From NCBI RefSeq assembly GCF_009914755.1, contig NC_060936.1: DNA of 64,000 bases; one strand, written 5' to 3'. Positions 39,376 to 52,447 of this stretch are shown piece after piece (positions within the stretch are counted from its first letter, which is position 1; each line of letters begins with the position of its first letter). The position numbers and the translations under genes are program-made. The stretch is from the human T2T-CHM13v2.0 reference genome, Homo sapiens. Below the pieces are notes generated by a model that had not been told where the DNA came from, did no database searches, and saw only the letters and a list, made by a program, of their open reading frames with translations.

Positions 39376-40850
39376 AGCTGGAGCTCATTTGTAATATTTG
39401 TCTTGTTTAGCCAACTCTAGAAGGCTCGTCCTGAGAAGGCGAGCTTCGAAAGCTATTACTGACTCTTAAAGTATTCCATCGTCAAGACTAGTGTGTTTAC
39501 CTTGCAAACTACCTTGAGCCAGCTGTAATGAAATTCTGAAATGTCTCCCATACACCCTCCTTCTCTGTGAAATGTCAGCTTTTTGAGGGCAGGGCCTGAT
39601 TCTTTTATGAGCAGTTGTCTTGAATCACTTCAACCCTCCACACCTGGAGTGCCTTACACTTTCCAGAATGCCGTACTCAGTGACCCCTCATGTCAATGTT
39701 TTGAGGCTTTTGAATTGGTCAAGGCAACCGTCTTGCTGAGTGGCCTGAGTTCTCCAGTGAGAGAACACGAGTAGTCTCTTTGAGTGGGGGCCACAGCACT
39801 CCAGACGTGGTGATGGAACCCTCTACGGTATAGAGAGCCCACGGCCATGCCACCCAGCCAGACAGGAACTCAGGAGGCCAGGATGGAGGAAGCAGGAGTG
39901 GAAGGTCATTGGACTCCCTTTCTGGTTTAAGCTTGGCCATGGGATGTCTTAAGTAGGGCTCGTGGTCCTCAAATGTCACCTCCATCCTGATGCCACAATG
40001 TCTGTATTGCCACTATTCCAATTCTTCTTTTGGGTGAAGTCTTACTCCACCTGCGGGGAGAGCACATGAAATCATTAGCAAGTGCTGGCACAGACAGCCA
40101 TTCCCCTCTCTGGCCAGGCTGGAGGGGCTGGATGGTGGTGGGGGGTGTGGGTGAAGTAAGCATGAAAGGGGAGATGAAGGGTGTCTAGACACTCCCTTTG
40201 CCGAGGGCTGGTGGCCTGTTGCTTGCTCTCTAGGACAACGTGGATCTGTTTGGGGTAATGGCAGACACTTTTCTTTCGCATCCAGCTGTCTCTTCCTCTT
40301 CTGAGTCCCACAGGGTCCTGGGCCCGATAGGCTCTGTCACCTCCAGCCAGTATTGGGTAGCCACCTGCCACTACTCAGGCCGGGTTGGAAGGGCCTGTGA
40401 GGGGTGGGGTGTGGGATCCAGTTCATGGCTTCCAGGGCCAATTTGGGTGAAATTCAGTTGTTCTTCGACTCCTGTGTTTCTACTTCCCAGTTTCATTCTA
40501 AATGGAAAACATTTCTGTAGGTTTAAGTCCAAGGTGCAGCCCCAGAGCGGGTATTTTCCCTTTTGAGAAGTGGAGGCTACCCTGAGCCTTGGGAAAAGTA
40601 CTCAGAGAGAATCTCCCCCATGAGGCAGTGTAGCTTAAGGAGTTAGGTATTCTGAGTACCTCCAAAGGCTGTTCGCTCTTTCCATTCCAGCTCAGACTGC
40701 CTGAGTTCAAGTCCTGGTGTTGCCACTTACTAGCTGGGTATAAGTTGTTTAACATTTTAGTTCCTCGATACCCTAATCTATAAAATGGGGATGAAAATAG
40801 TGTCTATGGTAGGGAATTAGTATGAAGATTAAACAGTTTAAATTGTGTCA

Positions 40851-41138
<288 letters not shown>

Positions 41139-42297
41139 TTAAGTGTGTCAAGTGCAGAAAACAGTGCTTAATGCATGCCATGTGCCATGCAAATGTTTGC
41201 TCTTATTTATTTCAAGAAGCATACTCTTCTGGGCAGAGCATCCTCCTAGGACTCTGGAGAGATGGAGCATCCGCAAGGCCACCAACGGGACTAGTATCCC
41301 CCAGTGTTCCCCAAGCATCTCTTCCATCGAGCTATTGCCTTGCTCACAACCCCTCAGTGAGTTGCTTGTCTGGAGATGCAGGCCAAATCAATCCTGTCTA
41401 CAATCTGCTGTCTGGCTGTGCCCATTCCTGGCCACAAACCCTCTGCTTCACCAGGAAAATCTGTTTATGGGCCCCATTCTCCTACTTGTTTTCACCTCTG
41501 CCTTACCCTGCCTGAAAAGCTCTCCTTCCTCACCTTTCCCTCCAAAGCCTATCCATTCTTCGATTCCAGCTCCAGTTCTGCCCTGAAGGCTTGTCCATGC
41601 CTGTGGATCACCATCCTCTGCCTCCTGCCTCCTCCTGCTTCCCCGGCTGGTGTCTGCCTCGTATCATCAGTCACCTCCTCCCAAGCAGCCTATTGCTTTC
41701 TCTACTGATGCCTTGAGCCGGAAGCCAGACAGCAGATATTCCAAAACTGAAAACCTGTGGATTTGCCTGTAAATTTGCTATAATTTCTTAAGAACACAAG
41801 AAAGGCTGAACTTCCTGGAAGTTATTCCTAGGGCCAGCATCATGGGAGTTTGACGGTTGGCTGTGTAGAGCAGTCACTCCAAGGCAGTTGATTTGCTTTG
41901 TTGTTCTTCTCACCCCATCAGTATTATAATGTGGAGCTTCCTCTGCATTGTGCCGTGAGATGACAGCAAAAGGGCTGTGGCCACTGCCTGGGACTTGATC
42001 CTTCGCTGAAACAGGGACACTTTCTATGACTAGTGCTACGTTACATTTATCCGTTCTATTGGACACATGTTCGTAGGCCCAGGATCAGAATAAAATAGCT
42101 CCACAGCTAGAAGAAATCAGTTTATAGGCAAACAAGACTCTGATGTTGGCCCTTAAAAAGAAACTGCTCATATTACATATTACAGTTTAATTTTGTCCGC
42201 GTTAGAAGGTCCCAGTGATATCTTTGCTTCTTGACTGTAGTCTAGTGTTTAAAGGTTATTTGCCCAGGTGACTTTTTTATCTTTTCCAATCTAAATA

Positions 42298-42622
42298 CAG
42301 TTGTCCCTTGGTATCCACAGGTGATTGGTTCCAGGACTCCCCAACCCCTTGGATACCAAAATCCTTAGGTACTCAAGTCCCTTGCATAAAATGCATAGTG
42401 TTTTCATATAACCTATGCACATCCTCTTGTGTACCTTAAATCATCTCCAGGTTACTTATACTACCTAATACGGTGTAAGTGCTATATAAATAGTTCTTAT
42501 GATGTACTGTTTTCATTTACTGGTATGATTTTTATTGTCATATTATTTTTATTAAAAATTTTCTTTTCAAATATTTTCTATCTGTGGCTGGTTGAATCAC
42601 CAAGAATGCAAAGGGCCAACTG
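42298..42622 (+). mobile_element. MER2 (TcMar-Tigger) MITE
   Basis: TIRs CAGTTGTCCCT...AGGGCCAACTG with TA TSD; internal AAATCATCTC..TTACTTATA motif. Confidence 0.87.
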
Positions 42623-43849
42623 TATCAACAGCTCAAAGTGGAGAGCCCAGGGCCCAGGCACGGATCATTAGGGGAAGTACAGGGCTGGCAGAGAAGAAAC
42701 TGGACTCCCAGAGCCGGCTCTTTCTGTGGGCTGGGAGCTCCTCCAGGCTGCTGGGTTAGGACCAGCAGGACGGCCAGAACCATGGAGACATGCTGCTGGT
42801 TTTGGAGATGGGGAGAGGCATGTGACCTTTTCTGGGAATCAAATCAGAGTGAAACCAGAAGAAGAATCTAGACTTCTTGGGGTAACTTGGCAAACAAAGC
42901 TCAGATAGACGGAGGGGTGTTCAAGGAACTTTGCACGATTTCCTATGGGCTAAGAGAAGACGCTTGCAAATCTGAAAGGGCAACATAGGGAAAGTTCCTA
43001 CAGGGAAGGGAGACGGTCAACCCCCTCTCCCTGACCCCGGGCTTGGTTAGGGGGCAGAGAACGGGAGGGGGTCAAGGAGGCTGTCTGTTTCCCTCAGTGC
43101 AAATGCCTGGACAGCACGTGTGTGCAGGCTGTGCCCCTGACCTGATGAGCACCTGATGGGTGGCTGTTGACCGACTGTCCATGCAAGGGGTGTGGGCTGT
43201 GCTTGGCAGCCTCCAGCAGGCAGGGCTTGTTCACCTGCGTCCTGTCCAGCACGCGGCAGGAGCTATCCTGGCCTCAGTGTTAAAAGGTGGCCCTGGGTCG
43301 AAGGAGTGGCATAAGGTCCCACTTGGGTGCTTGATAATGATCTAGAGCCTCGTGCCCTTATCTTCACGGCCTCCTCGTTTATGGCAGCAAGTCCTCGTCC
43401 TGTGGGCCCCATTTCTAAGCTGGACGTCCAGCAGTTCCCTCAGAAAGTGCTGTGGGGCCCAGGCGTCCTCTCAGAGGATATGAGCACTCCCGAGTCGTTC
43501 TCACTGCGTGTGTTCATTTCACTCACTGCCTGCTTCCTTCGTTCAGCTCCAAGTACCTGCTGATGTTTCTGAGCTAGGAGGGCTTCCTTCAGGTAATAGG
43601 GGAAGCATGATCTGGAAAAGGGAAGGTTTCCTTTTGCCCCATGGAGAGACGTCCTGAGACACTTCATCAACCAGGAAGGCTCCCAGGCAGCCACTGGGTT
43701 GCAGTGAAAGTTTTCAGCCGCTGGTGACTGCTCTGGTGAGACTTGTGAGAGAGAACAGTGACGGTGAGCACAGCAGCCCCTCAGAAAGCAAACCAGGGAG
43801 TGGCTTCCCGACGTGCACGGTTTCTAATTCACACGGTCCCTGCATAAGC

Positions 43850-44000
43850 TAGGCATTCCTGTATCCTGTTTTCACATGAGGAAACTGAGGCCCCTGGAAC
43901 TCACGTAGTTTGCCCAAGGCCATCTAACTAGGAGGCCGTAATTAGTGAAGCTGGGATTTACACCTAGGGCTGTCTGATTCCGAAGCTGGGCTCTTTCCAC
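43850..44000 (-). mobile_element. MIR SINE
   Basis: ATGAGGAAACTGAGGC...TTGCCCAAGG...CTGTCTGATTCC. Confidence 0.72.
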
Positions 44001-45142
44001 GGTATGGTCTGAGGGTGCAGTCTAGAGCGGGGACTGATGGGGTTTGTCTGAAGGAACATGAGATGGTGGAGTTCCAGGCTGGCTGGTGTGGGGCCCCGGC
44101 TGGGATGAGACAGTGTCTTCAAGTGTCAGGGATGGACGAATGTCCCTGTCAGGAGATGTTGGTCCCTGGCAGCCAGGCATGGTGGCAGCACTCCCAGCCT
44201 GGCCTGCCCTGCACAAACCTTCAGGCACACAGGCCTCTTGACAGAGTGATGATTGGGATTCCATGCCTGCACCAGTGGTGGGAGAGATGCAGGTGAAACA
44301 AGGCGGAAAGGACCGTAATTACCTCCTAACAGGTTTCCACATTTCTCTGCTGTCAGAATGGTTTTGTTTTCTGATTTATTTTGATCTGCTTGAAAATTAG
44401 TTGTGGCAGTGTGTTTGGTGTGTAATCATTGTCCTGCTAGCTAGCAGTCATCATCAGCAATGTTAGCCCGGCAAACGTGATCTTTCTTTCCTTTGCCCAA
44501 TACATGTCAGGCTCTGTGTGGCAAGGGCGAGGGAGAGGCATGACTATGTGTCTCTGCCTGTCTGTGGACCCCGACTCCTCACCATCACCCAACAGGGGAC
44601 AGTCCTGCTGGCTGTGTCTTCCCGGAAGGCTCGTGCCCGCACAGATTGTCTGGTGAGCCCGCCAGCTGTACCGCATCGCTCTGTGCATGTGACCTAGCTC
44701 TCTCCTGGCCCCCTGTTCCATCCCACATGCAGCCTCCGTCCACTGTCCCCCAGCTCGCAACCCCCACGCAGCCCCACCCTTGACCTGCCACCTCCATCTG
44801 CACCTGCTTGTGGAGCCTGTGTCATGGAAGAGAGGTGGCCTGACCACTCTAAGCCCACAGCACCACTGGATCTTTCCCCTCTCTCTGTGAGAAGACGGCC
44901 AGTCTCAGATTGGATTTGACCTTTTCGCTTGTGGTCGGGCCAGGTTGAGCAGGAAACCATCGTTAGGGCACGGAAGCATAGGTGGGAGAAGACAGCCAGC
45001 ACTGTAGAGTGGGGAGGGCTCAGTGCTTCCACGGGTGGATGTTCAGCAGCAGGCCCCCTCTGTTCTTTGGTGAAGCTTGTCTGCAGCGAGCCCTCAAAAA
45101 ACATGGGTTTTGAGCCAGACGGAAAGTCATCAAGCCCAGTTA

Positions 45143-45376
45143 CAGTCATCCCTTGGTGTCTGTGGGGAGACTGATTCCTGGACCCCTCTCAGATACAAAA
45201 CCCAAGGATGCCCATGTCCTTTTATGTATGTAGATTATATGCACATACTACACCATTTTATGTATTTTACATATGGTATATTTTATTTTTTAATTTGTAT
45301 AATTTTTTAATGATTTTTTTTTCCTAATATTTTTTACCCAAAGCTGGTTGGATCCGCGGGTACAGAGGGCCAACTG
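45143..45376 (+). mobile_element. Internally deleted MER2-like MITE
   Basis: TA-CAGTCATCCCTTGG...GAGGGCCAACTG-TA; similar to the copy at 42298. Confidence 0.78.
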
Positions 45377-46053
45377 TATTTCATTATTCAGAGCAGAAAA
45401 CTGAGACCTAACACATAGGCAAGGATATGCTTAAGAACTACTGTTGGTTGGCTCCAGGTCTGGGATATGAACCCGAATCTCTGTTGCAGTCTGTCCAAAA
45501 GTGGGCTGAGCTGGTTTCAGGATTGGAGCAGACAGCTGTCCATGTGCTGGAATTTGAGGGATCTGCCATTTCCTCCCTAGAATTTCTACCTTTAGCATTA
45601 CCTTTGAAGTAAGTCAGGGATTACCAAACATCTTATTACCAAAGAACTCTTTCTTCCCACATGACCCAACACAGAACAGAAAAGAGCAGAGATGCTTTTG
45701 TTCAAGTGCATGGGAAAGAATGGATGATTCAGAGCTGACCTGTTCAGCTTCTCCTGATTCTCCAGCGAGGTCCCTTATGCTTCTTGCTAGAACCTTTAGA
45801 GCTCCATGGAGTATAGTGAGAAATGTTTATGGCCTCTATTACCAGGGCAGATGAATAGGTGCAGACGTTAACAGCTTCTACACCTTAATTAGCATGGGTG
45901 TGTTTAGCAGAGTAATTGAGATCAGAGACTAGGTTGATAAAAGAATAGGGTTCCCAACAGGATAGTTTTTGATTAAGGAAATATTTGGAGCACTATGGAA
46001 ATGCTTGAAACATAGGAAGGGCAAGTTCAGCTGGAGTGCATTGGGATGACGGA

Positions 46054-46074
46054 GGGTGGGGTAGCGGGGTAGGG
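46054..46074 (+). other. Canonical G-quadruplex motif
   Basis: GGGTGGGGTAGCGGGGTAGGG: four G3+ runs with loops of 1-4 nt. Confidence 0.7.
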
Positions 46075-46566
46075 TGAGAATCAGGGCAGCCTGGAAGCTG
46101 GGGCCTGAATCACTGGGGCAGGGACCAGGGAGACCAGAGAGACCAGAGAAGGTCTCAGACATAAACTCTAGCTACTCCATAAAACTACCTGGAGCATGAA
46201 AATCCCAGCGCCTCTGCCACGGCCTAGACTGCTCATCACAGGGGTTGCAAAGTCACAAAAAAGATGATGGCATTGAGCTTTCCTATCAGGAACTATGTCC
46301 TCAACTAATATTAATAGCTGACATTTGCATAGCACTTCACAGTTAATATAACACTCTCATATGTTAGGTGCTTCTCTTAATACCCCTTGAGGTAGCTATT
46401 GTTATTGTTATTATTATCCTTCTTTTAAAGGTGTGGAAACACAGGGTCAGGGGCCCCGTGAGCCATTACTTGGAAACACTGTCATTAACAATTACTTCTT
46501 ATAGTTGTTTCTAGCAACTCATGTCCTGGAAATGTCTGGTTTAATTCATCTCTCTCTCCTTCTAGT

Positions 46567-46591
46567 AGACAGACAGACAGACAGACAGACA

Positions 46592-46646
<55 letters not shown>
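46567..46646 (+). repeat. Compound microsatellite (AGAC)7(AC)~26
   Basis: Directly visible. Confidence 0.98.
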
Positions 46647-46648
<2 letters not shown>

Positions 46649-48882
46649 AGGGCTGATAGGGAAGAGGACTTCTCTTCTTGATTCTCCATAGCTGTTTCCC
46701 AACTGTTGCTCTCTAACAAAAAAACCCCTTCAGAACCCTCAGCCCTGCTCAGAAATCTAAGGAGGCTTCAGGCAGCAACAGTGGGGTCCACCCCACCCTG
46801 AAGGGCTGCTGCAAAGATCTCCAGGAGGAGGCCCCCAACACCATTCCTCTTGAAGGTCCCAGTTCAGTGCGGCTTGAGTCCTTCACCTCTGAGTCTCAGC
46901 CAGGCAACATCCGAAGGAGCTGAGGAAGCCTTCTCTCTCCTGCCTTCTCTACCTCACAGGAGATGGCTCCTGTCCTCCCCATCTCCCTCCCACCATAACC
47001 GCTCACCAAAAATTGACTTGTTTTCTCTGATGCTGCTTTATTGCATGTTAATACTTCATTACTGGACCTGATTCTGTTACACTCGCACAGAGCAAGCAGA
47101 GCAGAGGGTCCTGAGCATGCGGCATTAGATGGAGAAACTGCCTCCAGTCTCACTCATCGTGCTGAGATGGGTTGCATGGCACACCACTCTTAGCACAGAC
47201 TGAGGCTGGCCAGGCCACCCATGCTGGGTGCTGACAGGCCTCAAGCCTGCAGTGAGGGCCAATCTCAGTCCTCATGATCTGCACTGGGGACAGAAGCCAT
47301 CTGATTTTAAATTCCATAGGAATAAACCAATGGGTGGAGTCACCAAATATCCAGATGTTTTCTCCCAGCTTTCATATCTGCCATTTATTTTTAAAGATGT
47401 TTTAATGGACTAGGTACAATTTTCATACATAAGATTCACCCACTCAGTCTATTGTTCTATGAATTTTTAAAAACAGCTTATCTGAGGTATAATTGGCATA
47501 TAACAAACTGCACATATTTCAACTGTATACTTTGGAAAGTTTCAACATTGACCATCAGTGCAATCAAGAGGGTGAGCATATCCATCACTCCCAAAAGTTT
47601 CCTTTTGCCCCTTTGTAATCCCAGTAGCTCAGCCCTCCTCCCCACCCCTGCTATCTCTTTTCTGTCATCATAGATTAGTTTATATTTTCTATTGTTTTAT
47701 ATCAATGAAGTCATACAGCATGGACTCTCTTGACTGCCTTCCTTCATTCAGCATAATTATTTTGAGGTTTACACATGTCTCTGGATGTACTGATAGCTTA
47801 TTCCTTTTTATTGCTTAGTTGTGTTCCATTGTATGGATATAGCACAGTTTATCCATCCATGTTGAGCTGTTTCCAGTTTTGAGCTATTTAAATAAAGCAG
47901 CTATGAACATTTGTGTATAAGGCTTCGTACGGATGTATGCTTTCCTTTTCTCTTGGGTAGATACCTGGGAGTGGAATGGTTACATCATGTGGTAGTGTAC
48001 GTTTAGTGTTTTAAGAAGTTGCCAAACTCTTTTCCAAAGTGGTTGTGCCATTTTGTGCTGCCATCAGCAGTGTATGAGAGTTTTGGTTCTTCTACATCCT
48101 CACCAACACCTGGTGTGGTCAGTATTTTTAATTTTAATTTTAGTCATTATAATGTGTATGCAGTGGTATCTCATTGTGTTTTAAATTTGCATTTTCCTGA
48201 AGACTAACAATATTGAACATCTTTCCTGTGGTTATTGGCCACTCGTATATTTTTTGGTGAAGTATCTGTTCATATATTTTGCATACATTATATTTGGGTC
48301 ATTTTCATATTATTGCATTATGAGGTTTCTTTATATATTCTGGCTGGCTATAAGTTTTTTTTAAAATCAGATATGTGCTTTGCAAATATTTTATCTCAGT
48401 CTGTGTCATCTTTTCTCTCTCATCTTTGTTGGAAGTCATTTTCCATATATGTGTTGGTCTATTTCTAGACCATCTGTTCAGTTCCATTGATCCATTTGTC
48501 TATTTTTACACCAATACCACACTGCTTTGATTACTATAGCTTTATAATAATAAGGCTTAAAATCAGATAGTGCTAGTTACCCCTTCATCTTTGTGATTTT
48601 TCATAGTTGTTTGGTTATTCTAGACCTTCTGCATTTCCATATGAATTTTAAAATCAGTTTGCCTATTTCTACAAAGAAAAGTGTTTGCTTCATGTATTTA
48701 TTTGAAAGCTCTGTTAATAGGTGCATGAACATTTAGGATTGTTATGCACCCTTGAAGACTTGACCTCTTTGCTGTTTTGAAAAGCCCTTTCTAATCCCTA
48801 GTGATAGCCTTTGCGCTGAAATTTATTTTGCCTGATATTAATATAGACAGTCCAGTGTCCTTTTGACTGTGTTAGTATCGTA

Positions 48883-49192
48883 TAGTTGGTCCTTTGTATT
48901 CTCAGGTTCTGCACATGCAAATTGAAAATATTGGAAAATAAAAATAAAAAATATAACAAAAATAATGCAAATGAAAAATACAGTATCAACTATTTACATA
49001 GCATTTATATTGTATTGGTTTTTATAAGTAATCTAGAGATGATTTAAAGCATATGGAGGGATGTGGATAGGTTATATGCAAATATCATACCATTTTATAT
49101 AAGGGACATGAGCATCTGAGGATTTGGGTATCTGTGGGGCAGGAGGAGGTGTGTCCTAGAATCAATCCCCTACAGTTACTGAGGGACAGCTG
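48883..49192 (-). mobile_element. MER2-like MITE nested in old L1
   Basis: Reverse-complement similarity to 42298-42622 (AAGTAATCTAGAGATGATTTAAAG). Confidence 0.8.
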
Positions 49193-49331
49193 CATATCTT
49201 TTTCTGTTCCTTTACTCTTAACCTATTTGTGTCTTTATATTTACAGTGGATTTCTCATAAGCAGCAGATAGATGGGTCTTGCTCTTTTATTCAGCCTGAC
49301 TTAATTGGCATATTCAACCAATTTGCTGTTG

Positions 49332-50013
49332 ATGCCTTGCTGTGCTTCGGTTTAACCTCTTGATACTTTGCTGTGCTTCGGTTTAACCTCTTGATACTTT
49401 GCTGTGCTTCGGTTTAACCTCTTGAGACCTTGCTGTGCTTCGGTTTAACCTCTTGAGACCTTGCTGTGCTTCGGTTTAACCTCTTGATACCTTGCTGTGC
49501 TTCGGTTTAACCTCTTGATACCTTGCTGTGCTTCGGTTTGACCTCTTGATACCTTGCTGTGCTTCGGTTTGACCTCTTGATACCTTGCTGTGCTTCGGTT
49601 TGACCTCTTGATACCTTGCTGTGCTTCGGTTTGACCTCTTGATACCTTGCTGTGCTTCGGTTTAACCTCTTGATACCTTGCTGTGCTTCGGTTTAACCTC
49701 TTGATACCTTGCTGTGCTTCGGTTTAACCTCTTGATACTTTGCTGTGCTTCGGTTTAACCTCTTGAGACCTTGCTGTGCTTCGGTTTAACCTCTTGATAC
49801 CTTGCTGTGCTTCGGTTTAACCTCTTGATACCTTGCTGTGCTTCGGTTTAACCTCTTGATACCTTGCTGTGCTTCGGTTTAACCTCTTGATACCTTGCTG
49901 TGCTTCGGTTTAACCTCTTGATACCTTGCTGTGCTTCGGTTTAACCTCTTGATACCTTGCTGTGCTTCGGTTTAACCTCTTGATACCTTGCTGTGCTTCG
50001 GTTTAACCTCTTG
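49332..50013 (+). repeat. 31-bp minisatellite, 22 units (682 bp), consensus ATACCTTGCTGTGCTTCGGTTTAACCTCTTG, inside old L1 sequence
   Basis: Directly visible; units differ at only about 4 positions. Confidence 0.98.
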
Positions 50014-50185
50014 TTGTTTTCTGTTAGTCCCATGTAGCTTTGTTCCCTTTTCCCTCTTTTTCTGCCTCCTTTTGGATTAACTGAGTATTTTTAAGGATTC
50101 AGTTTCATCTCTTCTGTTGACTTATTAGCTAAAATCCATTGTTTTGTTATTTTAACAGTTGCTGTAGGGCTCATAGTATACATCC

Positions 50186-50351
50186 TTTTTTTATTATACT
50201 TTAAGTTTTAGGGTACATGTGCACAACGTGCAGGTTAGTTACATATGTATACATGTGCCATGTTGGTGTGCTGCACCCAGTAACTCGTCATTTAACATGA
50301 GGTATATCTCCAAATGCTCTCCCTCCCCCCGCCCCCACCCCACAACAGGCC
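50186..50351 (-). mobile_element. 5'-truncated L1PA (about PA3-PA5) 3'-UTR fragment
   Basis: Poly-T then ATTATACTTTAAGTTTTAGGGTACATGTGCACAACGTGCAGG, the canonical L1PA 3' end. Confidence 0.93.
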
Positions 50352-52287
50352 TTAATCATCGCAGTTTGTCTTCAGTTGTTACTAAACCCCTTCACATATA
50401 GTACGGGAACTTCACAATAGCACACTTAGATCACTCCCTTCCTGGCCTTTATGCCGTTGCTGCCATACATGCTAATTGTGCATTTGTTCTAAACCTCACA
50501 ATACATTGTTACTATTTTTGTTTAGGCAGTCAATGATCTTTTCAATGAAAATCATATATACTTAACCATGTCAGTACCATTTCTGGTACCCTTGATTCCT
50601 TTATGTAGATCCACACTTCTATCTCATATTATTTTCCTTCTGCCTAAAGGACTTCCTTTAACATGTCTTGCAGTGCAAGTCTGCTAGGATTAAAATCTTT
50701 TAGCTTTTCTATGTCTGAAGAGAAGTCTTTATTTTTCACTTTTATTTCCGAAGGATATTTTTACTTAGTATAGAATTCTCAGGTGATAGTTTTTCCTTCC
50801 ATGACTGTAAAGCTATGATTCCACTGTCTTCTTGCTTGTGTTGTTTCTAATAAGAAACCTGCTGTCCCTCTTGTCTGTTCCACTGTACCTAAATGTGTCT
50901 TTATGCCCTGGCTACTTCTAACATTTTCTCTTGATCACTGCTTTGAGGAATTTGATTATGATGTGCCTTGGTATAATTCTTTTTTCATGTTTCTAGTGCT
51001 TGGCATTCCTTGAGCTTCTGGAACCTGTGGGTTTATATTTTTAAAATTAAAATTGATAAATTTCTGGCTATTATTTATAATTTTTTTTTTGCTTCTCCCC
51101 CCATTCCTGTGAGAACTCTAATTACACATGTATTAGGCTGCTTGACATTGTCGAACAGATCACTGGCACTTTCATTTTATTTAATTCTTTTTTTTCTATG
51201 TCCTTCATTTTGGATAGTTCCTATACTATGTGTTTATGAATCTTCTCTTTTTTTGCCATACATAATTTGCCTGCCTTCTTCCCTCCCTCATTCCTTATCT
51301 TCCTTCCTTTAGAAGAACCTAGGGGGATTTACCTAATTTTATAATGATTATTATTTCAGAACCAATCCAGAGCTTCTGTTCCCAAAGCCAAACTACCGAT
51401 TGGAGATTCTGGAGGGAGGGAACACAGGGGGTGACATTCCTGGAATTTGGGGGACTTCGCAGGACTTGACATTTTAGAGGCTGGATTAGGGTACATCCAA
51501 TTTCTCCTGCTTCCTCCCTCTTCTTCTTTCCTATCCCCAAAGTAAGGAGAGTCCTGTGAGCCCAAAGGCACTAGACAGCCCTAGCACACTCTTGGCAGAC
51601 AGGGCTGAACGCCCGGATTTCCCTCTCAATAGGGAAGACTTAGGGAGCCTCTCACAGGAGTGAGACAGGAACAGCAGCTTTATGGAAACTGAGTTCCAAG
51701 TCAACACCCGGAAGAAAACTCAGGCTCCCCTGTAGGCCTGGAAAGCTTTGTCTGAGACAATGACCTTAGGAGGAGGTCACCAAAACCACTCCTTCCCTCA
51801 CAGCTCATGGGATCAGAGTCAGCTGTGCCTGCTGAATGAGTGGTCAGGTACAGCGCACCCGCCTCCTGCCAGAGAAAAGGAGACCTGCAGTCTGGCTGCG
51901 GCAGGTCTCAGCAGAATCTTTAGCTTTCTTCAGGCTTGATCAGCCACCTCAAGACCTGTGCTCATTTAAAGAACAGAGAGTACATGTAAGTTAGGAATGT
52001 TCTCGACTTCAAGTAACAGGATACTTAAGGACTCTGAATTGGTTCAGCAGCTCAAGATGCCACTGAGAACCAAGGCTCTTTCTCTCTTTCCACTTCCTTA
52101 TACTAAGTCTGTTGGCTTTTCATATTCAAGCTGATTTCCTTATGGTTGCAAGATGGTTGTCAATGGGGCTCCAGGCATCACACCCCCATTCAAGGCAGGT
52201 GGAACCAGGAAGGAGTGGAGCCAATAACACTCTGGCCCTTTTTTTTTTTTTTACATAAAACAGAGGCTTTCCCAGAAGTCCCTAGCA

Positions 52288-52447
52288 TAGTACTTCTTGA
52301 ATTTAATCTACACAAGGATCCCCTGGGAATCTTGTTAAAATATAGGTTTGGATGTAGTAGATCTTGGGTAGAGCCTGAAATTCCACATTTTGATCAAGCT
52401 GCCAGAGTGTGTCAGTGTGGCTGGAAACTGCATTTTGAGTAGCAAGG
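52288..52447. mobile_element. MER5-like element nested in a diverged MLT1-like LTR (about 51985-52560)
   Basis: CTGGGAATCTTGTTAAAAT...TTTGAGTAGCAAGG; flanks resemble MLT1 (CAAGTAACAG, CAAGATGG, GCAAGGGAGGCTG). Confidence 0.55.

Larger units (their letters stand above)
47385..51250 (-). mobile_element. Cluster of old L1M-family LINE fragments (antisense), interrupted by MER2, the 31-mer VNTR and an L1PA fragment
   Basis: T-rich + strand with typical L1M 3'/ORF2 remnants (AAAGTGGTTGTGCCATTTT, TTTGCATTTTCCTGA, CCAATACCACACTG). Boundaries approximate. Confidence 0.8.

Noticed and set aside
49332-50013. Coding or CRISPR interpretation of the 31-mer
   Set aside because: The unit length is not a multiple of 3, TAA/TGA occur in the units, and there are no spacers.
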